A stretch of DNA of 64,000 nt from Nitrosopumilus sp. (GCA_965205675.1 OZ242186.1:352001-416000), one strand, 5' to 3'; shown: positions 38,842 to 48,750, counted from the first letter of the stretch. Numbers and translations: made by a program. Notes: generated by a model not told the origin, from the letters alone.

Positions 38842-39496
38842 CTAGTGGGTGAGTGTCTTTTAATTTTATTATTTTAATATAAGAATAGCCATGTTCAGAA
38901 GGGCTTTCAACAAATATAGGGCGAGTACCATTTACTGTAGAAAATCTCAAAAAAGGTTTTTGTGGATCTGAATCCAATACAACATGACAAAAGTAGGAAG
39001 TTCCCTCATCATTAAAATTCATGAAAACTCCAATTAGCCATTTATCATTATGAGGAAATAAGAATAGAGGAAAAGGCATTTCTTCAATACCCCAAGTAAG
39101 TTTTGCAAGACTTGACATATCTTCTAATTGAATTGGTTGGTATCTATCAAGAGTGCCATTACCAGGTTGTAGTGTTTTAGGTAGAGACTTGATTCTCACG
39201 ATTGGAGAATAAAGTTTGCTTGCGTCAGAAGTAGTATCAACAATGTCAGATTCTTCTTTTCCTCCTTTTAACCCATAACAAAGATAATGACCATTATTTT
39301 CCATATTGGTGTAATATACAATTGGTTTTTCTTTTAAAACATCCATTTGTACAGATAAAATTTTCTTTCCATCATAATCATGTAAAAATGAAACACGTGG
39401 AGCACGTTCTAATGCACAAACGAGTCTGGTGAATTCTAAAGTTGAATGGACTTGAATATAACGTGGTAATTTATCAGTAGTTTGTAACTTGTCCAC
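38816..39496 (-). CDS. Conserved hypothetical protein
   Basis: Long ORF between purA and pyrF, same strand and overlapping pyrF. Confidence 0.75.
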   Translation of the reverse strand: MDKLQTTDKLPRYIQVHSTLEFTRLVCALERAPRVSFLHDYDGKKILSVQMDVLKEKPIVYYTNMENNGHYLCYGLKGGKEESDIVDTTSDASKLYSPIVRIKSLPKTLQPGNGTLDRYQPIQLEDMSSLAKLTWGIEEMPFPLFLFPHNDKWLIGVFMNFNDEGTSYFCHVVLDSDPQKPFLRFSTVNGTRPIFVESPSEHGYSYIKIIKLKDTHPLVDYGHLQN

Positions 39497-39545
39497 AGGG
39501 TTTAGCAGTAAGCTATCAAATTAAACTTATCCAAAATAAACGAGC

Positions 39546-40547
39546 CTAGCTTCTTCTATCAATAATATCATTAACAGTTGGACCTGTCCCAATAATTGTG
39601 ATGGGCGTATTTAATTCATTTTCAATATTTACAATGAATGCTTTGGCATCTTTAGATAATTCATTGTAAGAAGTCTTTCCTATACAATCAGTAAAGAGTA
39701 CATCTAATTTTGTTATGGAAATTTGTGTTGCACCATTAAGCATGATTGCACGCTTAGCTAAATCAAAATCAAAGTCTGCAGCTCTTCTTTGACGACCTGT
39801 AACTGTACCAAATTCAGACCAACCTTTTTTTTCTGCTTCCTCAAGAGACAATTCTTTCTCAAGAGGTCCAGTTCCAACACGTGTAACATATGATTTGAAA
39901 ACAACAATTACCTCATCTACTTTAGTAGGTCCAAGACCAATATCAGCACAGATTCCAGAAGCAGTAACATCTTTGGATGTGACAAAAGGATAGGTCCCAT
40001 GCCATAAAGAAAGAAAAGTTCCCTGAGTACCTTCTATCAAGACATTTTCGTTTGCATCTAATGCAGCATTTACCTCTAAAGGTACATCTACAATTAATGG
40101 GGATAATGAATCAAAATCTTTTGCTAGTTTTAAAACTCGCATTGCACGGTCAGCATTAGCAGGACCAGTACCAGAACCAGTACTACCAATTTTTTCTTTT
40201 AATTCTCCTTTTGAATCTCTATTCAAATGGGTCTCTTCAATAACACCACAGTGTTTATCAACAAAAGAACGACCAGATGTATCAAAATCTTGAATCTCTT
40301 TATTGAGAACTTTAGGATTAATAACAACACCAGGTCCAATCATTATTTTAGCATTTTTATTTAAAAATCCACTTGGGAGCATTCTTACTTTATACACTTT
40401 GTCACCATCTTTGATTGTATGGCCTGCATTAGGACCAGCTCCGCCACGAACAATTATTCTTGGATTATCTTTAATTGCCAAATATGAGATGATTTTTCCT
40501 TTACCTTCATCTCCAAAAAATCCACCAACAACTACAGTAGATGTCAT
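39546..40547 (-). CDS. purA: Adenylosuccinate synthetase
   Basis: GDEGKGK, NAGHT, EGTQG, YPFVTS, GTVTGRQRR. Confidence 0.97.
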   Translation of the reverse strand: MTSTVVVGGFFGDEGKGKIISYLAIKDNPRIIVRGGAGPNAGHTIKDGDKVYKVRMLPSGFLNKNAKIMIGPGVVINPKVLNKEIQDFDTSGRSFVDKHCGVIEETHLNRDSKGELKEKIGSTGSGTGPANADRAMRVLKLAKDFDSLSPLIVDVPLEVNAALDANENVLIEGTQGTFLSLWHGTYPFVTSKDVTASGICADIGLGPTKVDEVIVVFKSYVTRVGTGPLEKELSLEEAEKKGWSEFGTVTGRQRRAADFDFDLAKRAIMLNGATQISITKLDVLFTDCIGKTSYNELSKDAKAFIVNIENELNTPITIIGTGPTVNDIIDRRS

Positions 40548-40626
40548 ATTGTTAAACTTCTATTTCGTTTATTTAAGCTAAAGTGTTTTCCATGATTTTA
40601 TATTCAACATTGATCCGTTTAGATCT

Positions 40627-41088
40627 ATGGTAAACGAAAACTTTGCAGGAAATATAATTATTAACTTGGCAAATCTACCCGATTTTCTAAGAAATCCAAT
40701 TTTAAAAAAAAGAATGGTAGAATTTTTTTCATTATCTGAATCTGAAAGAAAAGAAGTTATCAATAATGCATTAGAAGCAGGCTCCACTATTCCCTTTTCT
40801 AATTTTTCAAAACTTTTCAAAACATGGCTTAAAATTTTAACAACATTGTCTGAAGAGCAAAGAAAGGGATTATTTTCAGCATACATTACAGAAGTTGCCC
40901 AATCTCCACAGAAATTAATTACTTTCAATATTGACGGCATATTAGAAATATTTTTGACATTAGAAGAAAATGAAAAAGAAATTCTTGCTACTACTATTAA
41001 AAACATAATTAATAATTTAGATGAAAATTCAAAAAGACGAATTTTATTAATTGTACCAGAAAATGCTAAAAAACATTTGAATTTTTAG
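40627..41088 (+). CDS. Hypothetical protein
   Basis: Clean helical ORF with typical composition. Confidence 0.7.
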   Translation: MVNENFAGNIIINLANLPDFLRNPILKKRMVEFFSLSESERKEVINNALEAGSTIPFSNFSKLFKTWLKILTTLSEEQRKGLFSAYITEVAQSPQKLITFNIDGILEIFLTLEENEKEILATTIKNIINNLDENSKRRILLIVPENAKKHLNF

Positions 41089-41366
41089 ATATTAGTAGGC
41101 TCATCAGGTTTTCTGTTATCTTCATTGGTGTAATCAATCACTTCTCCTTCTGGAGACAATACGCCTACAAAGATTTTCTCGTGTTTTTTCAGTAATTTTC
41201 GATGGTCCAACATTGACATATCAAGCTTCATTTCATTCATGACCATGATTTGATATTCTTTCCATTCAGCCCAACATTTGTTACATGTAGGATATTTTGC
41301 TGCAACTACACCTAGTTCCTCACTGTCAGGAATAGAATTCTTGCATTTAGTACAAGTACGACTCAT
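41085..41366 (-). CDS. Fe(II)-trafficking YggX-like protein
   Basis: MSRTCTKC...CNKCWAEWKEYQIMVMNEMKLDM resembles YggX W..W...Q.M.INE..L; start at 41366. Confidence 0.7.
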   Translation of the reverse strand: MSRTCTKCKNSIPDSEELGVVAAKYPTCNKCWAEWKEYQIMVMNEMKLDMSMLDHRKLLKKHEKIFVGVLSPEGEVIDYTNEDNRKPDEPTNI

Positions 41367-41437
41367 GAAAATTAAGAATAATGAACTCCTTTTATCTTTT
41401 TTTGAATGTAAAACAATAATAATTATCAAAGAGCTAT

Positions 41438-41653
41438 ATGGACATGAAGATAAAATGCCCAAAATGTAATGAAGATGCAGAATTGGCAATGGATTATTCT
41501 GTTGTAAAATGTAGTTCTTGTGATTTGGATATGAGTTATGGAGAATATGTAAAATTTGTAGCTCATAATGAGCCAAAATATTCAGACATTTTAGGTGATT
41601 ATGCAAATAGTACAGAAGGACATACTTCAGGATCATTGGATGAATGGGATTAA
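41438..41653 (+). CDS. Small zinc-finger protein
   Basis: CPKC...CSSC. Confidence 0.75.
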   Translation: MDMKIKCPKCNEDAELAMDYSVVKCSSCDLDMSYGEYVKFVAHNEPKYSDILGDYANSTEGHTSGSLDEWD

Positions 41654-41713
41654 CAATACAGTGTAATCATCCACCAGATTAAAATAATTAGTTAAACCCA
41701 ACTTTATTCATCA

Positions 41714-42358
41714 TTGGAATTTTTATTAGAAAATATTCTTAATTTGGTAGGATTTTTAGTAGGACTTGCAATAGGTATAATGTCATATATTGGATTTAGA
41801 AATACAGGCAGTCCCACATTATTTAGATTAACAATTGCATTTTCTTCCATTAGTTTAGGATTTTTTGTTATATGGTCAGGATACATGGTAGAAGATTTTG
41901 TAACTAAAACAGGTAATATTGAAAGATGGATTCAAACCTTAGGAATTGCAATTCAAACAGTAGGTTATTTCTTTATTGCATTCTCACACAGCATAAAATC
42001 ATTTTTTCCAAAATCTAATTACTTTAGATCAGTTGGAATAGTACCATTATTCCTAGTTTCTTCTGTTCAGATAGAACATATTTTCCGAGCTGTTTCGTTT
42101 ATCTTGTTAGCATATGGTGCAATTGAAACAATGCTATCCTATTTTGAAAACAGACACAAAGGAACAATTTCAGTTGCTGTTGGATTAGGGCTTTTAGCAT
42201 TAGGAGAATTTGTTGGATGGTATTCATTTGTATTCCCAGAATCAATTCTGTACTTAGCATCAATAATAATCAAAATTAGTGGGTTGATAGCATTATTCAT
42301 TCCAGTAAGCAAGGTGCCATTAACTAAGATAAAATTTGATGAAGATTTAGAAGAATAA
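41714..42358 (+). CDS. Multi-pass membrane protein
   Basis: About seven hydrophobic helices. Confidence 0.8.
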   Translation: MEFLLENILNLVGFLVGLAIGIMSYIGFRNTGSPTLFRLTIAFSSISLGFFVIWSGYMVEDFVTKTGNIERWIQTLGIAIQTVGYFFIAFSHSIKSFFPKSNYFRSVGIVPLFLVSSVQIEHIFRAVSFILLAYGAIETMLSYFENRHKGTISVAVGLGLLALGEFVGWYSFVFPESILYLASIIIKISGLIALFIPVSKVPLTKIKFDEDLEE

Positions 42359-42475
42359 GTATATAGGCTCAAAAATTAATAAAATCAAGAATTTGTCAAA
42401 TTCTTTTATCTTTTTAGTATATTGGAAAATATCAGTGTACTCTCATAGAAATTAAAATAATTATCAATAGTCCAA

Positions 42476-42763
42476 ATGGCAGAATATAGAACACATATGA
42501 AGATTATTGGAGATATCTTAGCAACAACAAGAGATGATCTACAAGATGAAGATGGGGCATCAGTTACTTATTTAATTAGAAAAGCCAACATTTCACATTC
42601 TAGAATTTCCACAATATTGAAAACATTAGTATCGCAAGGACTTTTAGAAAAAGTAGATAATCATGGTTCAAATAAATATAAAATTAGTGAGCCCGGAAGA
42701 GAATTTTTACAAGCATATTATACATTTACAAATTTTGCAGACAACTTTGGATTAAGTATTTAA
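42476..42763 (+). CDS. Winged-helix transcriptional regulator (HTH_45-like)
   Basis: YRT.M.II.DIL...KANISHSR...LV..GL...Y.I...GREFL. Confidence 0.85.
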   Translation: MAEYRTHMKIIGDILATTRDDLQDEDGASVTYLIRKANISHSRISTILKTLVSQGLLEKVDNHGSNKYKISEPGREFLQAYYTFTNFADNFGLSI

Positions 42764-42831
42764 TCAATTATCTCGCCAAATTCACTTAAATCATCTTCAA
42801 AATCATTATCTTCATAATCTAGCGTAGACAT
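42760..42831 (-). CDS. Candidate 23-aa acidic microprotein
   Basis: MSTLDYEDNDFEDDLSEFGEIID*; stop overlaps the convergent gene's stop. Confidence 0.4.
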   Translation of the reverse strand: MSTLDYEDNDFEDDLSEFGEIID

Positions 42832-42878
42832 ACTTTTCAAATAGATATCTGAACTGCTAAAAACTTATTCAAACATAA

Positions 42879-43508
42879 ATGATAATTAAAGAAGAAGATT
42901 GTGAGAAAATGTTGAAAGTGCACTGTGATGAGAAAGGAATTGAGAAAGCTTCTCAAATAATCAATCAAGGTGGAATTATAATTTTTCCAACAGATACAGT
43001 TTACGGAATAGGATGTAATCCGTACAACAAAGAAGCAGTAAAAAAAATCTATAAAATCAAAGCAAGAGATATTAAAAAATTAGTACCCGTATTGGCATAT
43101 TCAATGGAAACGGCAGAAAAAATAATTGAATTTAATCAATTTACTAAAAAAATTATCAAGAAATTTTGGCCAGGTCCATTAACAATAATTGTAAAAGTGA
43201 CAGATAAAAAAATAAAAGAATCATTAAATCTAGAAAATAAAATTGCTATCAGAGTTCCAGATCATGAATGTACATTAAAACTATTAAAAAAATGTGATTT
43301 TCTTGTAGGAACTAGTGCAAATATTTCAGGAGATTTGCCACATACAAATCCCGAAAAATGTTTGGAGAAAATAAGTGATTATGATATTTTTGTGAATGGA
43401 GGAATAATTACCAGTAAAGGGGAATCAACAATAATTGAAATAGAAAATAAACAAATCAAAATTATCCGAGAAGGTTCTTTAACTAAAGATGAAATTTTAC
43501 AATCATGA
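42879..43508 (+). CDS. sua5: Threonylcarbamoyl-AMP synthase (Sua5/TsaC)
   Basis: PTDTVYGIG, IYKIKAR, FWPGPLT, AIRVP, TSANISG, STI. Confidence 0.93.
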   Translation: MIIKEEDCEKMLKVHCDEKGIEKASQIINQGGIIIFPTDTVYGIGCNPYNKEAVKKIYKIKARDIKKLVPVLAYSMETAEKIIEFNQFTKKIIKKFWPGPLTIIVKVTDKKIKESLNLENKIAIRVPDHECTLKLLKKCDFLVGTSANISGDLPHTNPEKCLEKISDYDIFVNGGIITSKGESTIIEIENKQIKIIREGSLTKDEILQS

Positions 43509-44026
43509 ATCTGATAATTACTTGTCCCAGGCATCTTGAACCAGAAACAGAAGATGAATTAACTGATATTTTAGAAGAATTTGGGGATTCTGATGTCAAA
43601 GTTACAATTACAAGTATGTCAGGAATTTTAACTGTTGAAACGAATCTTGATCCGATAAAAGTTGTAAGAAAAATTAAAGAAATGCTTCTTGATGAACCTT
43701 GGAGTGTAAGATACTGTAAAAGAATTATTCCAATACAGAAAGTTGTTGAATCTAAAATTGAAGAAATACAAAAAAGTATTATGGAATTATCTCATCAAAT
43801 GTTAGATAAAGAGACTTATAGAATATCAATTGAAAAAAGAAATTCAGACTTGTCAAGTAAAGAAATTATTACAAAAATAGCTAATCAAATAAAAAACAAA
43901 GTATCTCTTGAATTTCCAGATAAAGTTTTACTAATTGAAATTTTAGGCAATAAAACGGGGATATCTATTCTTAAAAAAACAGATATCCTAAGTACCGAAA
44001 AAACTAAACGAAGTATATCAGAGTAA
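43505..44026 (+). CDS. THUMP domain protein
   Basis: RIIPI, YRISIEKR, KVSLEFPDKVLLIEILG. Confidence 0.88.
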   Translation: MNLIITCPRHLEPETEDELTDILEEFGDSDVKVTITSMSGILTVETNLDPIKVVRKIKEMLLDEPWSVRYCKRIIPIQKVVESKIEEIQKSIMELSHQMLDKETYRISIEKRNSDLSSKEIITKIANQIKNKVSLEFPDKVLLIEILGNKTGISILKKTDILSTEKTKRSISE

Positions 44027-44791
44027 TACAGCCGCTTTTTCAATCAAAATATCAGCTAAAGGATTTTTTGAGTTGATTGAATTGATGTGTATTTTTGTTA
44101 TTTTAAAATATTTTTTTATGTATACTTCATTATTTTTAGAAAACAAAACTACAGAATCTGACATTAATTCATGATATAAAGAATTTAAAGTATTTTTATT
44201 TCCCATTGCAATTACAATAAAATTTGTATTTGGTTTTATTCCAACATTTTTTATTGCATCCGAGATTTGCATAGTTAAAGCAAATCTCATTAGAATGTCA
44301 GTTTCAAGTTTATTTGAAAGTAAAACATTATTTTTCTTAGATTCAATTGATAATGAAACAATTTTTTTAAGATGATAGCTGTTTAAAATATAATTACTAG
44401 ATACTGCTTGAAGTAAAAGTTTAGGATATTTTTCTCTTAAATCATCAATAAATCTTACATCTAGAAATTTCTGACCTTTAATTTCAACTGCTTGTACTAT
44501 TTTATTAGAAAATTTAAAAGTAAGTTTTTTTGGTGAACCTCCATGAATAATTGGAATTATGCTTACAACGTCATTTTTTTGGATAATAGTAGATCTGCCA
44601 TTGATTGCAGAAGAATCAGCGCCATTAATTGCAATTAAAACATTATCCGTATCAAGTTTAGGAGTATCCTTAGATTTTAATTCTAAAAGTAAAGTGATTA
44701 ATCTTTGAACAGAGATATCAGATTCATCAATTTTCAAATATTCTATTGGAAAAGATTTTTTTGCACCACCTACAAATCTTACAGTAAACAT
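44018..44791 (-). CDS. MoaD/SAMP ubiquitin-like domain fused to KEOPS subunit Cgi121
   Basis: N-terminal TVRFVGG..LIAING..DVVSIIPIIHGG; C-terminal LSNKLETDILMRFA...QISDAIK.VG. Confidence 0.85.
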   Translation of the reverse strand: MFTVRFVGGAKKSFPIEYLKIDESDISVQRLITLLLELKSKDTPKLDTDNVLIAINGADSSAINGRSTIIQKNDVVSIIPIIHGGSPKKLTFKFSNKIVQAVEIKGQKFLDVRFIDDLREKYPKLLLQAVSSNYILNSYHLKKIVSLSIESKKNNVLLSNKLETDILMRFALTMQISDAIKNVGIKPNTNFIVIAMGNKNTLNSLYHELMSDSVVLFSKNNEVYIKKYFKITKIHINSINSKNPLADILIEKAAVLL

Positions 44792-44826
44792 ATTTAATTT
44801 AGAATGGAAAAATAATATTTAATATA

Positions 44827-45243
44827 TTATTCAATTTTTTCTTTAGTCTCAGAAGGTGCTTCTTCAGTAGCGACATCTACAACAGTATCAGGTGCTTCTT
44901 CAGTAGCGACATCTACAACAGTATCAGGTGCTTCTTCAGTAGCGACATCTACAACAGTATCAGGTGCTTCTTCTGTAACAGTTTCTTTAGTTAATTCAAT
45001 TTCAGATTGTTCTTCAACTTGTTGCTCAGATTTCGATGCTGTAATTCTAGCTTGTTTGGCTTTTTCTTCACGGATTTCTTTTTTGATAAATTTTGTAATA
45101 TGACCTGCAATTTCATTTTTTAGTCCTTTAGAACGTACTATTGAAACTTGTTCTAAAGCCTTTTTGTTATCAGCAAAATCTTCACCAAACTTGGATTTGT
45201 GATCTACTAGAACTTCATCTGAATGTCGCTTAATTCTATCCAC
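44827..45243 (-). CDS. rps17e: 30S ribosomal protein S17e with acidic repeat tail
   Basis: IKR....KF..DF..NK....SK.LKN.IAG.IT. Confidence 0.88.
   Translation of the reverse strand: MDRIKRHSDEVLVDHKSKFGEDFADNKKALEQVSIVRSKGLKNEIAGHITKFIKKEIREEKAKQARITASKSEQQVEEQSEIELTKETVTEEAPDTVVDVATEEAPDTVVDVATEEAPDTVVDVATEEAPSETKEKIE
44854..44973 (-). repeat. Perfect 36-bp tandem repeat x3.3 encoding EEAPDTVVDVAT
   Basis: Unit AGGTGCTTCTTCAGTAGCGACATCTACAACAGTATC on the + strand. Confidence 0.97.
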
Positions 45244-45274
45244 TAAGCGTCTAAAGTGAAGGGGTATTTTATAC

Positions 45275-46030
45275 CTATATTCCTAAAAATAAGTTTGAAT
45301 TCTTTTCTAACAAAGATGCCATATCATCAAAAGATCTACCTAAAATTTTTGATGCACAGAAAATTACACTTGGGATAAAACTAATTTGTCCAGATTTCAT
45401 TTCAAAACATCTAGAAAATCTCACAGGGCCATCCGTCTCAACTAGGATTTGAGATTCATCAGTTTTTGATAACAAAGTTTGTTTGTCATTTGCATAAATC
45501 ATTACAGGTCCATAAGATACAAAAAATCCCATATCCATAGCTTTTTGAAGTTGTTTTTTGCTTCCATCAAACCAATGCAATAATGCATGTTTTGTATTAT
45601 ATGAAGTCATGATCTCAAAAACATCATCAAGGCTTTTTCGTGAATGAATAGATACGGGTTTGTTAAATTTTTCTGCAAAAGATAGCAATGTTTCAAACAT
45701 ATGATTTTGTTTTTTTGCATCCTCACTTTGATTAACATATGCTGGATCTAATCCAATTTCACCTATACCAGATATACATTCATAATTTTTTTCAATTAAT
45801 TGTGAAATATTTTCAATTTCTTCATGGGCACATTCGGGATGAACTCCAATGAAAGGTAAAACCAAATTACTTTTTTTAGCAAGTTCCAAGGTTTGTAATG
45901 AGTTATCATAGTTCATAGATACACAGCATGCTTTAATCTTCAAACACTTCATTTGTTTTAAGATGAATTCCATATCCGAAATATATTCAGGATCAGATAA
46001 ATGAATGTGAGAATCAAAATTCCAAGTCAT
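45275..46030 (-). CDS. tatD: TatD family nuclease
   Basis: DSHIH, GVHP, IGEIGLD, IHSR, HWF, VETDGP. Confidence 0.92.
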   Translation of the reverse strand: MTWNFDSHIHLSDPEYISDMEFILKQMKCLKIKACCVSMNYDNSLQTLELAKKSNLVLPFIGVHPECAHEEIENISQLIEKNYECISGIGEIGLDPAYVNQSEDAKKQNHMFETLLSFAEKFNKPVSIHSRKSLDDVFEIMTSYNTKHALLHWFDGSKKQLQKAMDMGFFVSYGPVMIYANDKQTLLSKTDESQILVETDGPVRFSRCFEMKSGQISFIPSVIFCASKILGRSFDDMASLLEKNSNLFLGI

Positions 46031-46126
46031 TTCTTTATCAATTGTTAAAATAGTCTGTATAAATCGATTCCTTAGTAATATTTTTCCACTCATTATCTTT
46101 TTTCGGAAAAAATTAAAACTAATTTC

Positions 46127-46348
46127 ATGAAATCATCTGAACTGGGATTGTCTGCCATGTATAGAATCCTAAAAAAATCCGGCGCAGAAAGAGTTAGTGA
46201 TGAATCCGCAGAGGAATTAAGAAGAATAATTGAAGAGATTGCAGAAGGTATTGCTAAAAGCGCAGCAGATATGGCATCTCATGCTAATAGGAAAACGGTG
46301 AAAGGAGAAGATGTAAAATTGGCTTCAAAGCCATTTAGCAAATTCTAA
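46127..46348 (+). CDS. Archaeal histone
   Basis: EL...RILK..GAERVS..A...[11 protein letters not shown] histone fold. Confidence 0.95.
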   Translation: MKSSELGLSAMYRILKKSGAERVSDESAEELRRIIEEIAEGIAKSAADMASHANRKTVKGEDVKLASKPFSKF

Positions 46349-46386
46349 TCTAAAGAGTTTAATGTTCATTTTGTATTTTTTAAAAT

Positions 46387-46458
46387 GGTACTCTGGCAGA
46401 ACGGTTATGCGTGAGCCTGCAAAGCTTATACAAGGGGGTTCGACTCCCTCGGGTACCT
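46387..46458 (+). tRNA. tRNA-Cys(GCA)
   Basis: Acceptor GGTACTC/GGGTACC, anticodon arm TGAGC-CTGCAAA-GCTTA, GGTTCGACTCC, U discriminator, no encoded CCA. Confidence 0.95.
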
Positions 46459-46919
46459 TATTCTACTATAACTTGCCCCTTCATCCAAGGATGTAAAGTA
46501 CAAAAATAATCATATGTACCTATTTCATCAAAATTAAGTGTGTATGATTCAAACGGATCTAAATGACCACTGTCAAATAATTCACTTTGCTCACCATAAA
46601 AACCAGAAGTAACGCTATGAAAAGCAGAATCTTCATTGACCCAAGTAACCTGATTGCCTAAATCAATTATAACAATAGATGGAATGTAACACCTATCTTC
46701 TTTATCACATCCTGGACGTGAAACCTTTGTAGGCATTATAACATCAGCCGTGATGGAAGACTCAACATCTAACCCAATTGAAGAATTTTTTGATGTTGAA
46801 TCTAGGTTAAATTCAGATTCACGTTCAGTGATCTCTTCACCAGAAAAATCTGAAAAAATAAGAGATATAGATAATACAACCAAACCGATTATACTAAGAA
46901 TAATTATTTTTTTGATCAA
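46458..46919 (-). CDS. Membrane-anchored plastocyanin-like blue copper protein
   Basis: WVNEDSAFHSVTSG, FDSG, YFCTLHPWMKG type-1 copper ligands. Confidence 0.93.
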   Translation of the reverse strand: MIKKIIILSIIGLVVLSISLIFSDFSGEEITERESEFNLDSTSKNSSIGLDVESSITADVIMPTKVSRPGCDKEDRCYIPSIVIIDLGNQVTWVNEDSAFHSVTSGFYGEQSELFDSGHLDPFESYTLNFDEIGTYDYFCTLHPWMKGQVIVE

Positions 46920-46992
46920 TTATTTCACATCCAAGACGAGTTATTATATAATTACCAAATTCTCTAAATATATAACATATCAAAAGATACAA

Positions 46993-48744
46993 TTGTCTCA
47001 AAATAGAAATGGATTATTAGAATACATACAAGGCTCACACACGTTATTAACTCAAAAAAACTCTAGCTCCCCTCTAGAAGGTTTTGCAGAAAATATTCAA
47101 GAAAGCATCCATGAATATGCTGAAAACTCGAAAAATGATGTAGAAAAAGGTAATAATTTCCTTCAATGGATTTTAACAAGAGTTTTTGAGGCTACTGAAG
47201 ATGATGCTGCAGATGCAATTGTAGATGGAGCAAATGATCTAGGAATAGATGCTTACCTGCCAGTAGATTTTTCAGATAATACAATTAGATTATTTCAATC
47301 AAAATATGGTACGTCACATTCACTAGAAGCAATTGCAAAATTCAAAGAGGATGTAAAAAGATTGCTTGCAAGAGATGTTGTGAAAATGAGGCCAGAGCTT
47401 GCACAATTAGTTACAAAAATTAAAGAAAAAAATCTAAAGATAAAATGCTGTTATGTAACAGATCAAAATGTAGACTATACTGATGATCTAGTAGAAATCA
47501 TAGATCAGAAAGTAATAATTCAAAAATTATGGGATAGAATAAAAAAACCCGCAGCGGGAAAAAAATCACCGATTAAATTAGAAAGAATGCTCAGACATGA
47601 AAATACAATTTTAGGAATTTTAAAATTACGCGAGCTTACAGAATTTGTTAGTAAAAATAGAGATTATGTTTTTGAATCCAATATTCGACAATGGATGCAA
47701 TTTAAGACTACAGTTAACAAAGGATTAAGAGAAACATTACAAAATAATCCTGGGAAATTTTTCTTTTACAATAATGGTATTACAATAGTAGTAAGTGATT
47801 TTGCTGAATTAGGAGAAAACATGATTCAATTACATGCGCCACAAATTGTTAATGGAGCTCAAACATCAAATTCGATTCTTGATCATTCAAAAAGAACAAA
47901 AAACATGGATGGTTCCATGACCGTGACAATCATCAAAGCAGACGATGAGCAAGAACAAAATAATATTACAAAATATAGAAATTCTCAAAATTCAGTAAGA
48001 GGGAAAGATCTAGTTTCATTAATGGATTTTCATAAATCAGTTAAATCACAATTAAAAAATTGTGGTTATTTTTATGAAATTCAAGCAGGTTCTTTTGATA
48101 CAAAAACAAAATCAAAGCAATGTGAATATGATGGAGATACAATATACAATAATTATCTTCCAGACAATCATAAAAAAGTCATTGTTGCCAAAGATGCAAT
48201 ACAATCATTGGTTGCAGGAATTGAACAAAGGCCTACAGAAGCATATAGTTCACCAGCTCAATTTCTTCCAAGAGGAAGCAAATACGATGACATATTTAAC
48301 GATAATCTAAAAGATGATTATAGAATATTACTATACCCATATCTTGTTAAAGAATTTGCAAAGAAATCATTGAAATATGGAAAACAAGGCGGTCATAAAA
48401 CAAAAAGATATGCAACATTATTTTTTGTAGCAGTATATTTTAGAATACTTCATAAAAAAATCCTTGAATCAAAGGGAGATTTTAAAGGTGATATACGGAA
48501 ATTGGAACCAATTTTTCGAAGTTTCAAACTTAATTCAAGAATTTTAAAGATTACAGACATAGTAGTAACTAAATTTCTTGAAGACACTGTAGTGGATGAT
48601 GAAATTGAATTGGCAAATACCAAACATAATTTTTTCTCCCAATATGTTTGGAATGATTCAATGCTCAGAGTAATAGATAAAAAAATCAGACAAGAGGAAG
48701 AAGAAATCTTAGCATTAAAAAAACTCACAAGCAATTTATTTTAA
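46993..48744 (+). CDS. AIPR family protein
   Basis: DGANDLGIDA..LFQSKY, FESNIR, FFFYNNGITI, QIVNGAQT, NSQN; TTG 46993 preferred because the longer ORF overlaps the cupredoxin gene. Confidence 0.9.
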   Translation: MSQNRNGLLEYIQGSHTLLTQKNSSSPLEGFAENIQESIHEYAENSKNDVEKGNNFLQWILTRVFEATEDDAADAIVDGANDLGIDAYLPVDFSDNTIRLFQSKYGTSHSLEAIAKFKEDVKRLLARDVVKMRPELAQLVTKIKEKNLKIKCCYVTDQNVDYTDDLVEIIDQKVIIQKLWDRIKKPAAGKKSPIKLERMLRHENTILGILKLRELTEFVSKNRDYVFESNIRQWMQFKTTVNKGLRETLQNNPGKFFFYNNGITIVVSDFAELGENMIQLHAPQIVNGAQTSNSILDHSKRTKNMDGSMTVTIIKADDEQEQNNITKYRNSQNSVRGKDLVSLMDFHKSVKSQLKNCGYFYEIQAGSFDTKTKSKQCEYDGDTIYNNYLPDNHKKVIVAKDAIQSLVAGIEQRPTEAYSSPAQFLPRGSKYDDIFNDNLKDDYRILLYPYLVKEFAKKSLKYGKQGGHKTKRYATLFFVAVYFRILHKKILESKGDFKGDIRKLEPIFRSFKLNSRILKITDIVVTKFLEDTVVDDEIELANTKHNFFSQYVWNDSMLRVIDKKIRQEEEEILALKKLTSNLF

Positions 48745-48750
48745 TTTTAA

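Noticed and set aside
41367-41636. N-terminal extension of the YggX-like ORF
   Set aside because: Antisense to the zinc-finger gene at 41438-41653; similarity begins at MSRTC
46750-46992. N-terminal extension of the AIPR ORF
   Set aside because: Overlaps the well-supported cupredoxin gene on the opposite strand; TTG 46993 has a TATA-like sequence upstream
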